A stretch of 64,000 nucleotides of DNA from Polyangiaceae bacterium (lineage in GTDB: Bacteria; Myxococcota_A; Polyangia; Polyangiales; Polyangiaceae): NCBI GenBank assembly GCA_016715885.1, contig JADJXL010000022.1, forward strand, positions 203,588 through 267,587, written 5' to 3'. The notes under the pieces were generated by a model. It had not been told where the DNA came from. It did no database searches and worked only from the letters and a program-made list of their open reading frames with translations. Positions 38,127 to 48,397 of this stretch are shown here, one piece after another. Within the stretch, counting starts at the first letter, position 1. Each line of letters opens with the position of its first letter. The translations under genes and the position numbers were made by a program.

Positions 38127-40931
38127 CTATTTGCCCGGGGCGCCAGTTTTCGTCACGCGCAAAATGCCCGATGGACCGACGGCCCAAACGACGCCGCGTG
38201 AAATGCCGAGACCCGAAATCGAAGCGTGCGACCCGAGCGGATGCGGAACCGGTTGGAATGCTTTTCCATCGTAATGCAGCAGCGTTCCATCGTCTCCGCC
38301 AATCCACACGTCATTCGGCCCATTGGCGACGACCGCGCGTAGCCACGCTCCCGAGGGGACCACGTGACGTTCGACGGCATTGCCTTTCGCGTGCAGGACG
38401 AGCCCCATCGAGCCGACGGCCCACGCTTCGTCATTGCTCACGGCGGCGACGGCAAGAAGTGCAGCGGGCGCTCGATGACGTGACACTCTTTCCGTGCCCA
38501 ATCGACCGCGAGCGTGGAGCAAAAATCCCTCGCCCATGGGGCCGGCATTGAGCGCACCGACGAAAAACCCGCCGCCTTCGGGCGTCACGGCAACATCGAC
38601 GTAAGCGAGCGCGGGCAAACCAATGACGGGCTGAAATGGGGACTTTTCGTCGGCCCGTACGAGCGCATGCACGCCAAGCTCGTGGACCTGCGACCGTTGC
38701 AAGCTGTACGGGGAGCCAGCTTCGACCGAACCCAAAATCCACACAGCTCCGGTCGAATTCCCGGAAATGGCCACGATATCGTTTCCGCCGAGCTTCATAT
38801 CGGCATCCACGGCTTTGCCGCCCTCGAATCGACGCAGTTTGTCGCGCTCGTTGTACGATTCGGTTTCGCGGTCACGGTGCGCAAAGATTCCGCGCCCTGG
38901 TCCTTCGGGGTAAAACCATCGCTCGAATCGAATGCGTTTTTCCTCGCTATCGATGACCGCGGTTTTTCCTTCCACATCCATTTCGACGAGCCGATCCCAC
39001 GCTTCGAGCCACAACGTGCCGTCTCGCGCGACCTCGACACGCTTGGCCGTCGATACCGGCGCGGCATTCTTGACCACGACCGCTGTCTTGGCAACGTCAT
39101 AGCCTGCTAGCGGTCCACCGAGCGTCAGGGGTTTGGGGGCATCGAGCGGCCTCGAGTCGACCGATTTTGCTTCCGGCAAATGCACGGACGTGAGCGAAGA
39201 AGGTTTGCCGCGGAAAAGCCCATCACCATTGCCCACCCACACGTCATTGGGACCGCGCACGACGATGCCCGCCGCCACCGGCGCATTGGCGACGATCGAC
39301 CAACGTTTTCCATCCCAATGCACCTGGCCATCACGACTCCACACGTCATTCGGCGCTACCGCGACGACGCCTTGTTCAATTGATTGCGGGACGCTCGTTG
39401 CAGTGAACGTTTTGCCATCGTAATGGTATGCGACGGCGCCCGCACCCGTGAACCATAAATCATCGTCGCCGGTGCCGCCAATGGCGCTGATCCCGTAACG
39501 CTTGTCCTCCGGCGTGGGAATCGGTACGAGCTCGCGGCCTTGTAGCCGCTCCGCGTTGCCATAGTCGGGCACGACGTACGTGTGTTTTCCGACGACATTG
39601 ACGGACGTGGTTTTCACTTTTCGTTTGATGATTTCGGGTTGCCCTCCATCATAAATGGCGCATGCATTGTTGTCCTCGAAACCAAAGCAAAAAATGCGTG
39701 CGGTGCCTGTTTCGGTTGCTCGGATGTGCGTGTCCGAATTCGTTGATACCCAATGTTCTGCGAATGCTTCGGCGAGATCATTTCGTTCACGCACGGTCGT
39801 GCCTGCAAGCTCGAGAATGATGGCTTTGGCGGGACGTGACCACCAAGGCGAACCTCCGTCGGTGACCGGGAAAATGGATCGGCCAAGGAGCCACGGATTG
39901 CCATTGGGACCCAGTGCAATCGTGTCGTACTCGATGCTCAATTTCTCCAGTTTGTCGTCCTCGCTCATTCGGTCGGCTTTTGCCGTGCGAGACGGCAAGG
40001 GAAAACGTTTCGCCTTTCCGCCCGAATACCGTAACAATTCCGCGCCCTTTTTCCCATGTGCGAGCAGCAGAAGCTCGTCCGGGCCGCTCGATACGACCGC
40101 CGAAATCTTTTCATCGAGCACCTTTTCGTAGCTCAGCAAAATCACCGGATCCGTGCTGACGATGGCCGGATGAGGATCGCTCACGCGAATGTCGAGCCCG
40201 CGGGCCGTGATGTGCCCCGACGCATCGACCGAGAATGCTTCTTTCGGGTTGGTATTGCAGCAGATTTCATCATCGAGCGTGACCGCGTGTGAAAACACCA
40301 GCGTGCCATCTGGCGAAAATGCGAGCACGCCTCGAGGACCCGCGACGTAAATGTTGTCGTCGGCTCCGATGACCGCAGGCGTCAATGCGCCCGATACCAA
40401 GTGTTTTTCCCAGAGAATCTGACCGGTCGTCGTGACGGACGCGACCACGCCACGTTGTGTCGTAATGACGACGCGCTCGTCATCAGCAAGGGTGATGCCT
40501 GTCACGCCGCCGCGAAAACCAATGGACCATTTGCGCTTGTCGTTTGCATCGAGTGCAATGAGGGTGCCGTCGCCAACGCCGACGAGGAGCGTTCCGTCGT
40601 CGAGGTATGTGGTCGCCATGGCGCCGATACCGATGAGGCCTCGTTCGCCAGCCGGTGGATGCAAAGAATCGGCATCGAGCGTGCGTTTGCCACTGGCCGT
40701 GGACTTGATCTCCACGCGGGCGCCAAACGTGACGATGGACGCGACGTCGCCATTGGGAGCTTGATTCGGCTTTCGCTTGATGCGCACCTTGGGTTGCCCT
40801 TCGGGCGCATCTTTGGGTGCTTCGGGTTTTACCGGAACGACGGGCGTTTTGGCGGTTTTTTTCGCTTCGGTGGGAGAGCTGCACGCGGCGAGCAGGAGCG
40901 CTCCGACGAAAAAAGTTTGGCGCCGCATCAT
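38127..40931 (-). CDS. large lipoprotein with an N-terminal PQQ-like (BamB-like) propeller region and C-terminal 'DVWxxGxxGxLLHYDGKxW'-type repeats
   Basis: The ATG at 40931 begins MMRRQTFFVGALLLAAC (lipobox). Segments such as DGTLIALDANDKRKWS and ILWEKHL are PQQ-like. The C-terminal half has repeats such as NDVWIGGDDGTLLHYDGKAF. The start overlaps the upstream gene stop (ATGA). Confidence 0.7.
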   Translation of the reverse strand: MMRRQTFFVGALLLAACSSPTEAKKTAKTPVVPVKPEAPKDAPEGQPKVRIKRKPNQAPNGDVASIVTFGARVEIKSTASGKRTLDADSLHPPAGERGLIGIGAMATTYLDDGTLLVGVGDGTLIALDANDKRKWSIGFRGGVTGITLADDERVVITTQRGVVASVTTTGQILWEKHLVSGALTPAVIGADDNIYVAGPRGVLAFSPDGTLVFSHAVTLDDEICCNTNPKEAFSVDASGHITARGLDIRVSDPHPAIVSTDPVILLSYEKVLDEKISAVVSSGPDELLLLAHGKKGAELLRYSGGKAKRFPLPSRTAKADRMSEDDKLEKLSIEYDTIALGPNGNPWLLGRSIFPVTDGGSPWWSRPAKAIILELAGTTVRERNDLAEAFAEHWVSTNSDTHIRATETGTARIFCFGFEDNNACAIYDGGQPEIIKRKVKTTSVNVVGKHTYVVPDYGNAERLQGRELVPIPTPEDKRYGISAIGGTGDDDLWFTGAGAVAYHYDGKTFTATSVPQSIEQGVVAVAPNDVWSRDGQVHWDGKRWSIVANAPVAAGIVVRGPNDVWVGNGDGLFRGKPSSLTSVHLPEAKSVDSRPLDAPKPLTLGGPLAGYDVAKTAVVVKNAAPVSTAKRVEVARDGTLWLEAWDRLVEMDVEGKTAVIDSEEKRIRFERWFYPEGPGRGIFAHRDRETESYNERDKLRRFEGGKAVDADMKLGGNDIVAISGNSTGAVWILGSVEAGSPYSLQRSQVHELGVHALVRADEKSPFQPVIGLPALAYVDVAVTPEGGGFFVGALNAGPMGEGFLLHARGRLGTERVSRHRAPAALLAVAAVSNDEAWAVGSMGLVLHAKGNAVERHVVPSGAWLRAVVANGPNDVWIGGDDGTLLHYDGKAFQPVPHPLGSHASISGLGISRGVVWAVGPSGILRVTKTGAPGK

Positions 40932-42052
40932 CGTGCCTCTCCGGCGGGCGCGGCGAACGCAATGGACGTCGGCAAAACGAAGAAGGGCACGCCATCGGAC
41001 GAAACCCACATTTGCTGCACTTCGGCGGGCGTTTTACCTTGGCGTAAGCGAGTACCGTCCCATTGATAGATGGTATCTCGCCCGCCGCTGAACCACACAT
41101 CGCGAGAACTGCTTCCGTGCACCAAATGAGCCGCAAACGACCCTGGTGTTGGTAATTGCGTGAGGGCCTTTCCATCATGACGCAAAATGATGGAATTCCG
41201 GCGATCGCCCGCCGTCATCCACAGGTGGTGCTGATCATCGGCCCACATGTTGCCAATGGTCGTGCCTTGATCGAACTTCATGACCTTTGCCCACGTGACG
41301 CCATTGTATCGATACAAGACAGGCTGAAACAATTCGTCTTTCGTGACGACCCAGCCATCATCCGGCCCGTGCATCCAGAGTGCGACGTTGAGAATGCCCA
41401 TGTCGATGGAATCACGGCTGGGATCGACGTGCGTCGGCGCAAACCGCGGTCCAGACGTGCAATGCCCTGCGGACGAACCAATGCGACAGGCATCGTCATC
41501 CATGTTATAAGCAGCTCGCCATGTGAGCGCGCCCGACGCATGCACGAAACTCGGGACGAGCGACCTTTGCGTACACGTCCATTTGCCATTCCGACCGAGC
41601 GAAGCGCGCCGTTCTCCGCCGATGCGCGTGTTCATGTCGCGATATTCGCCATATACGTGGACGTTGTCTCGATCCACCGCGATGCCCCACAGGCGCGTAC
41701 CGACTCCATTCGATTCGCGGTTGTATTCGCCCCAGCCGCAAGGTTTGGCTTGACGAAACACGACCTTCTTGCCATCGTCCTGCAGCACGACGCCGGTATC
41801 GGTGAGCATCCAAATGTCTTTCGCGCTGCGCCCATCGATGCCAATGATGTTCGCGGGCACCGAACCTGCGGGAATCGTGTCACCCGGGGCAAAATGAGCA
41901 TACCCCGTCTTGGTCACGCGAATGCTGAACGTCGATATCTTCCTCTCGATCGGGAGCAACGCTTCTTCCTTCGGGTCGGCCATGGCCGGCGATGAAAGGG
42001 CGAGGCATGTCGTACCAAATAGAAATTGCGACAATACAATGCGGAAGCTCAT
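40928..42052 (-). CDS. secreted beta-propeller-like repeat protein (same repeat family as the C-terminal half of 38127–40931)
   Basis: It has a signal peptide (MSFRIVLSQFLFGTTCLALSSPAMA). Repeats include DVWFSGGRDTIYQWDGTRL, HLWMTAGDRRNSIILRHDGKAL and DIWMLTDTGVVL. ATGA overlaps occur at both ends. Confidence 0.65.
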   Translation of the reverse strand: MSFRIVLSQFLFGTTCLALSSPAMADPKEEALLPIERKISTFSIRVTKTGYAHFAPGDTIPAGSVPANIIGIDGRSAKDIWMLTDTGVVLQDDGKKVVFRQAKPCGWGEYNRESNGVGTRLWGIAVDRDNVHVYGEYRDMNTRIGGERRASLGRNGKWTCTQRSLVPSFVHASGALTWRAAYNMDDDACRIGSSAGHCTSGPRFAPTHVDPSRDSIDMGILNVALWMHGPDDGWVVTKDELFQPVLYRYNGVTWAKVMKFDQGTTIGNMWADDQHHLWMTAGDRRNSIILRHDGKALTQLPTPGSFAAHLVHGSSSRDVWFSGGRDTIYQWDGTRLRQGKTPAEVQQMWVSSDGVPFFVLPTSIAFAAPAGEAR

Positions 42053-43119
42053 CGTTTCACGGTCCCTTCGAGCACCACCATTTCGTGATTGCTCATCTTC
42101 ATGCCGAACTTCTGCGCCATCTCAGGCGGCAATTTTTGCCAGACGATTTCATATTTCGCGCCCGGCGCTCCTTTGGGCAGCGGCAATGCAATCTGCCTCG
42201 GCCCCATGAGACGACTGTCTGCACGCTCGATGGGCACGGTCTTCTTTGGTCCCTCGTGTGCCGGGCCAAACGTGCGACGAAGGATTTCAATGGATGGTTT
42301 TCCGAATGTTTTGCCTCGAGCGTCAAGCGGGAATGCCCGAATTTCGGCGCGCCGGTACAAATCCCCCGTCGGAAAAGCATGTCCAATCGTGCCGGGTTTC
42401 ATGTCGAGGTGCAGCGTGTCGCCCTTGATCTCGGCCTTGTCGACGATGACGGCGCGCGCCATCATGTCTCGATCGCCTTGCACGCGAAAATCGTGTTTTC
42501 GATGCGGAGGCCCGTTTTGACTCGGTACGAGCGGCATGTGGCAATCTTGGCAGGGCTTGGCTGCATGAGCCGACTGCGCATGCTCGCTCAATGTTTTTTG
42601 CATTCGATCGACGTCGGGGCGACTCGATCCGGGAAATGCAAAATCGTGGCAACGAGCGCAAGCCTGGGTGGTCCCAAGGCGCGCGTCGCCGATGACTTCG
42701 TGCCCGTTTTCACGCATCGCAATGTGATGCTTTCCAACGATCCCCGCCGGCACGACATGGCACGCCGTGCAACCCACACCGACGTGACGCGCTTCGAGGG
42801 AAGGCTCGGACTTCGGGTCCGCGAGCGGCGCGTGACAACCGCGGCAAAAGGCGAGCGGCTCGACGGCGTACGCGTGCTCGAAGTATTCGTTTTCCCATGC
42901 GCGATGATGCAGCGATTGTTTCCACTCGGCGGCGATTTCCGCGTGACACCCGACGCAGCGCTCATCTTTTGGCAAACCAATGCCCGCGACCGGTTCGAGG
43001 CGCCCGCGCGGCGCGGGACCTGGAAGCGGAACGTCGAGCGTGCTGCTCGTGCTGCTCCACAGCAGCACACTGCAGACGAGTGCCGCTGCGATGGAATGGA
43101 ACGCGAACCGAACATGCAC
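42049..43119 (-). CDS. secreted pentaheme c-type cytochrome
   Basis: Five CxxCH motifs are present (CVGCH, CRGCH, CTACH, CARCH, CQDCH). The N-terminus is hydrophobic, and the GTG start is at 43119. Confidence 0.8.
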   Translation of the reverse strand: MHVRFAFHSIAAALVCSVLLWSSTSSTLDVPLPGPAPRGRLEPVAGIGLPKDERCVGCHAEIAAEWKQSLHHRAWENEYFEHAYAVEPLAFCRGCHAPLADPKSEPSLEARHVGVGCTACHVVPAGIVGKHHIAMRENGHEVIGDARLGTTQACARCHDFAFPGSSRPDVDRMQKTLSEHAQSAHAAKPCQDCHMPLVPSQNGPPHRKHDFRVQGDRDMMARAVIVDKAEIKGDTLHLDMKPGTIGHAFPTGDLYRRAEIRAFPLDARGKTFGKPSIEILRRTFGPAHEGPKKTVPIERADSRLMGPRQIALPLPKGAPGAKYEIVWQKLPPEMAQKFGMKMSNHEMVVLEGTVKR

Positions 43120-43195
43120 GGCATGCAGGATGCCGGAGAAGGCGTGGTCGTGTCAACCGTCACCGCATCGAACCATCCACCATTGTCGCATGCTG

Positions 43196-43543
43196 CTACG
43201 CCGACCCCTTCGACCGCCGATATCCTCGCGACATGAGCTCACCTGCGATTCGCTGGAACTCGGTTTTCGGCATGTCCCGGTATTGCTCGAGCAGCTTGGC
43301 CATCGGGTCTTCGTCGGGACACATCAGCAGAACTGCAGGGTGGACATTGAAGGCGCGCGCGACGCGTTCCACGAGCTCGGTCGTGATTTCCTCGCGACCT
43401 TCCTGAATGACCATGACCTCCGTCGAGGAAAGGTCGGCCGCCTTGGCCAGCTCTTCGACCGACAAACCTCGGGCCACGCGAAATTCGTGGATTCGTGCGG
43501 CCACTTTCGTTGCCAACACTGCGGGGCTCGGTCGCACCTTCAT
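43196..43543 (-). CDS. XRE-family helix-turn-helix transcriptional regulator
   Basis: The HTH reads RGLSVEELAKAADLSSTEVMVIQEG. It is 115 aa, with the ATG at 43543. It lies 76 bp upstream of the cytochrome gene on the same strand. Confidence 0.75.
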   Translation of the reverse strand: MKVRPSPAVLATKVAARIHEFRVARGLSVEELAKAADLSSTEVMVIQEGREEITTELVERVARAFNVHPAVLLMCPDEDPMAKLLEQYRDMPKTEFQRIAGELMSRGYRRSKGSA

Positions 43544-43799
43544 CGCTCACGTCCTCTCGATGGCCCCAAAACGCGCCGGCCACCTTGCATGTGTGTGTAG
43601 CACGAGTTTGTCGGCGGAGGGAAAAAATTTCGCGAGGAAAAACCCGAGGCTTCTGGTGAGAGCGACTACTCGTCGAATTGGTAATCGCGCAACGAATCGC
43701 GCGGATACGTTGCGTCCATGAAGAATGGCGCGCGCCGCGGAGATTCGTGGACCATTGGCGTCGCGGCGTGATGATTGCACAGCAGCGAATATGCGTGCT

Positions 43800-44354
43800 T
43801 CAACACCCGGCCACGTTCACATCCACGTCGAAAACGACATCCGCAATGACCGTCGTCTCTTGCAGCGGCCTTTTGCCTTTCACCGACGCTGTCATGCTCA
43901 TCCTCGGCGCAATCACGTAGGGCGCCAGATCCAGCGTCGCCTCGGTGACGAGCTCGATGGTCGTCTGGCCCTTGGGGACGGGATCGAGTTTCGCGACGAT
44001 GGCTTTGGGTTGCCCCTCGGTTTCGACGCTGAACGAGATGGATTCGATGAAATCGAAGGTTTGTCCAGCCGGAGCCTTGATGGTGAGCGAAAAACTCTTC
44101 ACGTGCACCGAATCGACGTCGTCCTTCGTGACGCCTTGATTGTCGAGCTCCTGCGTGAGGTCGATGGTATCGAGCCCCCAGAAGGCGAGAGGTCCGATCA
44201 GTTCGTCGAGAATGGTCGCAGCGGGAATTTTGGCTTCGGCGTCGATGGGGATTTCAAAGTTGTCGACGTTGTTGCATGACGCGAGCACGAAAGCTCCGAG
44301 CGCACAAAACAGCGAGCGGCGATTCATCGAGGGGAGGGTCGTGGATGAAGTCAT
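43800..44354 (-). CDS. hypothetical lipoprotein
   Basis: The signal/lipobox is MNRRSLFCALGAFVLASC. The ATG at 44354 or 44327 could serve as start. Confidence 0.55.
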   Translation of the reverse strand: MTSSTTLPSMNRRSLFCALGAFVLASCNNVDNFEIPIDAEAKIPAATILDELIGPLAFWGLDTIDLTQELDNQGVTKDDVDSVHVKSFSLTIKAPAGQTFDFIESISFSVETEGQPKAIVAKLDPVPKGQTTIELVTEATLDLAPYVIAPRMSMTASVKGKRPLQETTVIADVVFDVDVNVAGC

Positions 44355-44427
44355 GGCCCTACTCTAACGCAACCGAATGCAAAAACAGAGCACTCTGTGC
44401 GACAATGTGCTGCTATTCGATGCGCGA

Positions 44428-44940
44428 TCATGTAAGATGCCGCGCGATTTCCTCGACGTGAGGGTCGTGGATATCGAGGTTCCGGAGCGCGTCGCGGAGA
44501 GCGAGAACATAATCGGCATTCGCGCCGCTCGGGCCTCGGCTGCGACGTACCCAGGCGGCAATATCGGTTTCGTCGAGCGGGCCCAAAAAGTGAGGATTGC
44601 CCGGGCGAGCCACGTACACGATGGCTTCGGCGAATGAGTTACCGTGCGGCGCATCGAAAACCGGCAAAAGGAGCCGCTCGAAGCCGGCTTGTTCGCGCAC
44701 GTCGAGCTCGGCGAGGATCGCATCGGTATCGCGTGCGGCAATTTGGTACGCGCAGCCTCCGCAAAATGCGTCGGGCGCGGCGATGAGCGTCGCGACGCGC
44801 CCGGGCGCTTCGGGCACGCCGCGATGATCGGGCGATCCTTGCCAGAAGCGGCGCATGTAGCCGGGCAGAAATGCGCGCCGGCGGTCGATATGCGAAAACG
44901 ATGGCCGGAAAATGAGCGAGCCGTAGGCGAAGATCCACAT
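44428..44940 (-). CDS. gamma-glutamylcyclotransferase-like protein (ChaC/GGCT family)
   Basis: The N-terminal MWIFAYGSL motif is typical of this family. The ATG at 44940 was confirmed. Confidence 0.8.
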   Translation of the reverse strand: MWIFAYGSLIFRPSFSHIDRRRAFLPGYMRRFWQGSPDHRGVPEAPGRVATLIAAPDAFCGGCAYQIAARDTDAILAELDVREQAGFERLLLPVFDAPHGNSFAEAIVYVARPGNPHFLGPLDETDIAAWVRRSRGPSGANADYVLALRDALRNLDIHDPHVEEIARHLT

Positions 44941-45002
44941 GCGAGCGTGCGCGGGTATAGCACGGAATCGCGAAACGGCCGTAGCAAAACCTGCGTGCGG
45001 CG

Positions 45003-45530
45003 TCAGGGCAATTCGAGGGGCACTTCCACGTATATGTTATTGCCTTGCGGCGAGATCGAGATTTCCGGCAAGGTGCGCGTCACGCATTGGGTCACGTCGG
45101 GGCGCGACGTTTGTCGATCTTCCGATATCCCGCGGGAGATCACTTTGCCATGGGTGTCGAACGTGAAATTCAACGTGAGCTTCACGTTTTTGGGCTCGGG
45201 CTTCGTCGCCAGCGAAGGCGCGAGGCACTTCGCGATGAGCATCTTCTTGTTTTTTTCGAGGACGGCCGCAGCTTCCTTTGCCGCAGCGGCACCATCGACG
45301 GGTCGTGACGGCGGAGTCGGTTCTGTTCGAGCTCCGGGCGATGGCTCATTGGACGAGCTTGGGGCGGCGGATTCGGGGTTAGGCGCTGGTGCTGCCGATG
45401 TTGCGGCCGGCGCAGGCGCCGCGGGGGGAACTTCGTTTCTCCCACGCAGACCGAAAAAAACGCCAATGGCAACGATGACGCTGCCAATGAGAATGGCCGT
45501 CGGGGTCGATATCTTCGATTCTTGTGCCAT
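45003..45530 (-). CDS. membrane-anchored hypothetical protein with a Pro/Ala/Ser-rich linker
   Basis: The N-terminal TM helix is AILIGSVIVAIGVFFGL. A PAAPAPAATSAAPAP linker follows, then a C-terminal globular part. Confidence 0.55.
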   Translation of the reverse strand: MAQESKISTPTAILIGSVIVAIGVFFGLRGRNEVPPAAPAPAATSAAPAPNPESAAPSSSNEPSPGARTEPTPPSRPVDGAAAAKEAAAVLEKNKKMLIAKCLAPSLATKPEPKNVKLTLNFTFDTHGKVISRGISEDRQTSRPDVTQCVTRTLPEISISPQGNNIYVEVPLELP

Positions 45531-45611
45531 GAGGAAGGGAGGCTAGTGCAGTGGGAGGCTGCGCGCGCCGGAATGGTTCGTTCCTTTCCGCCGCGCGCAG
45601 CCTGACCGTTG

Positions 45612-45956
45612 CTATTTGCCGCTCGTCGCGCCGATCAGGCCACCGCGCATGCGGTATCCCGAGCCCGAGACGTTGGTTTGCACCGGAGACGACTGTCCCA
45701 GGGTGAAAACCATCTTGTAGCCGGAACCGCTGACCGTGTGACCCGCATTGACGAATGCATGGCTCTGTTTGCCCGAGTCGCCGGTCATGCCGCCACCCGC
45801 GCCACCCGAGCCACCCGAGCCGCCCGAACCACCGGCTCCAGCCGAGCCGCCCGAACCCGGAGGCGGGGTCGTGGTCCCGTCATCGCTGCACCCGACGGCA
45901 ACCACCATGGAGACCGTCGCGGCGAGGAGCATCGTTATCCAATTTTTTCGGTACAC
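45612..45956 (-). CDS. small lipoprotein with a Gly/Ser-rich linker
   Basis: The lipobox is MLLAATVSMVVAVGC, and a GSGGSAGAGGSGGSGGSGGAGGG tract follows. The GTG start is at 45956. Confidence 0.55.
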   Translation of the reverse strand: MYRKNWITMLLAATVSMVVAVGCSDDGTTTPPPGSGGSAGAGGSGGSGGSGGAGGGMTGDSGKQSHAFVNAGHTVSGSGYKMVFTLGQSSPVQTNVSGSGYRMRGGLIGATSGK

Positions 45957-45971
45957 GAATCCTCCTTTCCG

Positions 45972-48121
45972 TCAGTTCGTGACCTGGACCCAGCCATTGA
46001 CGTAGTCGTTGTCGTTGATGGCCTGTGTCCCGATGTTTTGAACGCAATAGCCAACAACCCACGTCCCTGCGCCAGGGACGATGGATGCCGATGCGGCGTA
46101 CGTCATGCGCGTCGTGTTGAACTCCACGATCGAATACGCGCCACCCACGAAGTTCGTAATCGTGCCCCCGCCTGATGGCTGATAACAGAGCCCGACATAC
46201 GCTGATCCGGTGCCCGTGCTGACGCCCAGCGGTGCTTCGGCAGCACCCGTGATGCGTTGTAGGTTACCGGTTGTGGTGACGGTCACTGTGGGCCCAACGA
46301 ATACGTACGCGGCTGCGCCGCCCGCGATCGAGCTGCCCGCCCAGCCGTTGAACGTGCTTGTGCTCACGATGCCGGTTGCACCTTGTGGGCCTTGTGGACC
46401 CTGCGCGCCTTGCGGGCCTTGCGGGCCTTGCGCGCCTTGTGGACCCTGCGTGCCTTGTGGACCCTGCGCACCCGTAGCGCCTTGCGGACCTTGCGGGCCT
46501 TGCGCGCCCGTCGGGCCAATCGGGCCTTGCGGACCTTGCACGCCTTGCGGGCCTTGCGCGCCTTGCGCACCGGTCGGGCCAATCGGGCCAATCGGACCTT
46601 GCGCGCCGGTGGCGCCTTGCGGGCCTTGCGGACCTTGCGCGCCGGTAGCGCCTGTCGGGCCAATCGGACCTTGCGCGCCGGTCGGGCCAATCGGACCTTG
46701 CGCGCCGGTAGCGCCTTGCGCGCCGGTGGCGGACCTTGCGCGCCTTGCGGGCCTTGCGCACCGGTAGCGCCTTGCGGACCTTGCGCGCCGGTAGCGCCTT
46801 GCGCACCGGTAGCGCCTTGCGGACCTTGCGCGCCGGTAGCGCCTTGCGGGCCTTGCGGACCCTGTGCGCCCTGCGGGCCCTGTGCGCCGGTCGGGCCGAT
46901 CGGACCTACCGGGCCTTCCGGACCTTGCGGACCCTGTGCGCCCTGCGGGCCCTGTGCGCCGGTCGGGCCGATCGGACCTACCGGGCCTTCCGGACCTTGC
47001 GGACCCTGTGCGCCGGTCGGGCCGATCGGACCTACCGGGCCTTCCGGACCTTGCGGACCCATTGCGCCGTCGGCCCCGGTCGGGCCCATCGGACCTTGCG
47101 GGCCTTCCGGACCCTGCGGACCCATTGCGCCATCGGCCCCGGTGGGGCCAATCGGGCCAATCGGACCTTGCGGACCCATTGCGCCATCGGCCCCGGTCGG
47201 GCCCATCGGACCTTGCGGACCCATTGCGCCATCGGCCCCGGTCGGGCCCATCGGACCTTGCGGACCCATTGCGCCATCGGCCCCGGTCGGGCCGATCGGA
47301 CCTTGCGGACCCTGCGGACCCATTGCGCCATCGGCCCCGGTGGGGCCAATCGGACCTTGCGGACCCATTGCGCCATCGGCCCCGGTCGGGCCCATCGGAC
47401 CTTGCGGACCCATTGCGCCATCGGCCCCGGTCGGGCCCATCGGACCTTGCGGACCCATTGCGCCATCGGCCCCGGTCGGGCCAATCGGACCCATTGCGCC
47501 ATCGGCCCCGGTCGGGCCCATCGGACCTTGCGCGCCATCTGCCCCCGTTGGACCCGTCGGACCCATTGCGCCATCGGCCCCAGCCGGACCTTCCGGACCC
47601 GTCGGCCCCACCGCGCCATCGGCTCCGGTCGGACCAATGAGCCCCGTGGGATCGCCCACCCACTGACCCATGTCGTCAATGACCGTCACGCCATTGATCG
47701 AGACGCTCGTAGGCGTGATGTCTCCGATTGCATTTCCGGCCATGAGCGCATAGGGGACGCTGTTGATGGCCACGCGCGGGCTCATCTCGGGCTCGTCAGC
47801 CACCGCGATGGCAAGATACCGCACGCTGCCGTCGAAAACGCCCTTGAAGGGCACCGTCGCCCCAAGCTCCGTCGAGAAAAACCCCTCGTCGAAAGAAACC
47901 GAGATCGTCTCCGACCAGATGGGCACAAGCGCGTCGACGGTGTCGTAGATGTTGAACGTGAGGTCCCGCGTTCCCGTTACCGCAGCGCCGTCCGCGTCGA
48001 AAAGTCGCCCCTGTTGGGTCAATGTCTGCGGGACGTCTGCGGCGAATGCGCCTGCCGTGAGCGAGATGCAAGCCGCTGCGACGCAGCCAAGCAGACCCTT
48101 CCGCAAGAAAGTTCGTCTCAT
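45972..48121 (-). CDS. collagen-like triple-helix repeat protein (signal peptide, N-terminal domain, about 400 aa of GXY repeats, C-terminal beta-rich domain); frameshift at about 46730 within the repeat
   Basis: GGAGG lies 9 nt before ATG 48121 ([27 protein letters not shown]). There are more than 130 consecutive G-X-Y triplets ([14 protein letters not shown]…). Both frames carry complementary good and junk halves that switch at a 7-nt irregularity near 46725–46745. Confidence 0.75.
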
Positions 48122-48397
48122 GAAACCATGCCTCCATACCGAGCCAAAACGATGAGCCGATGCAGCCAAACGCGGATAAAAGCACGGTTCGACTCCGCTT
48201 TTCAACCCTTTTCCTATGTCGCGTACGTGCTGCGGGCCCAAGCAACGTTCACATGACGGATGCCCCGCTTCGTGCGAGGGCATGGTTTTGCGAGCCGCAG
48301 GGAAGGCACGTGCGTGCAAATGCTCCGATGAACGTCCCACCACGAAAAATTCGTACGGTAGTTGCCTAAGCCCGCCATCCTGTCGTACCGTTTCCCC

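Noticed and set aside
40401-41995. + strand ORFs 40401–41066 and 41156–41995
   Set aside because: They are antisense to the two beta-propeller genes.
46210-47679. multiple overlapping ORFs in all frames on both strands within the collagen-like gene
   Set aside because: The GXY-encoding GC-rich repeats lack stop codons in every frame. Only the minus-strand GXY frame (with one frameshift) is meaningful.
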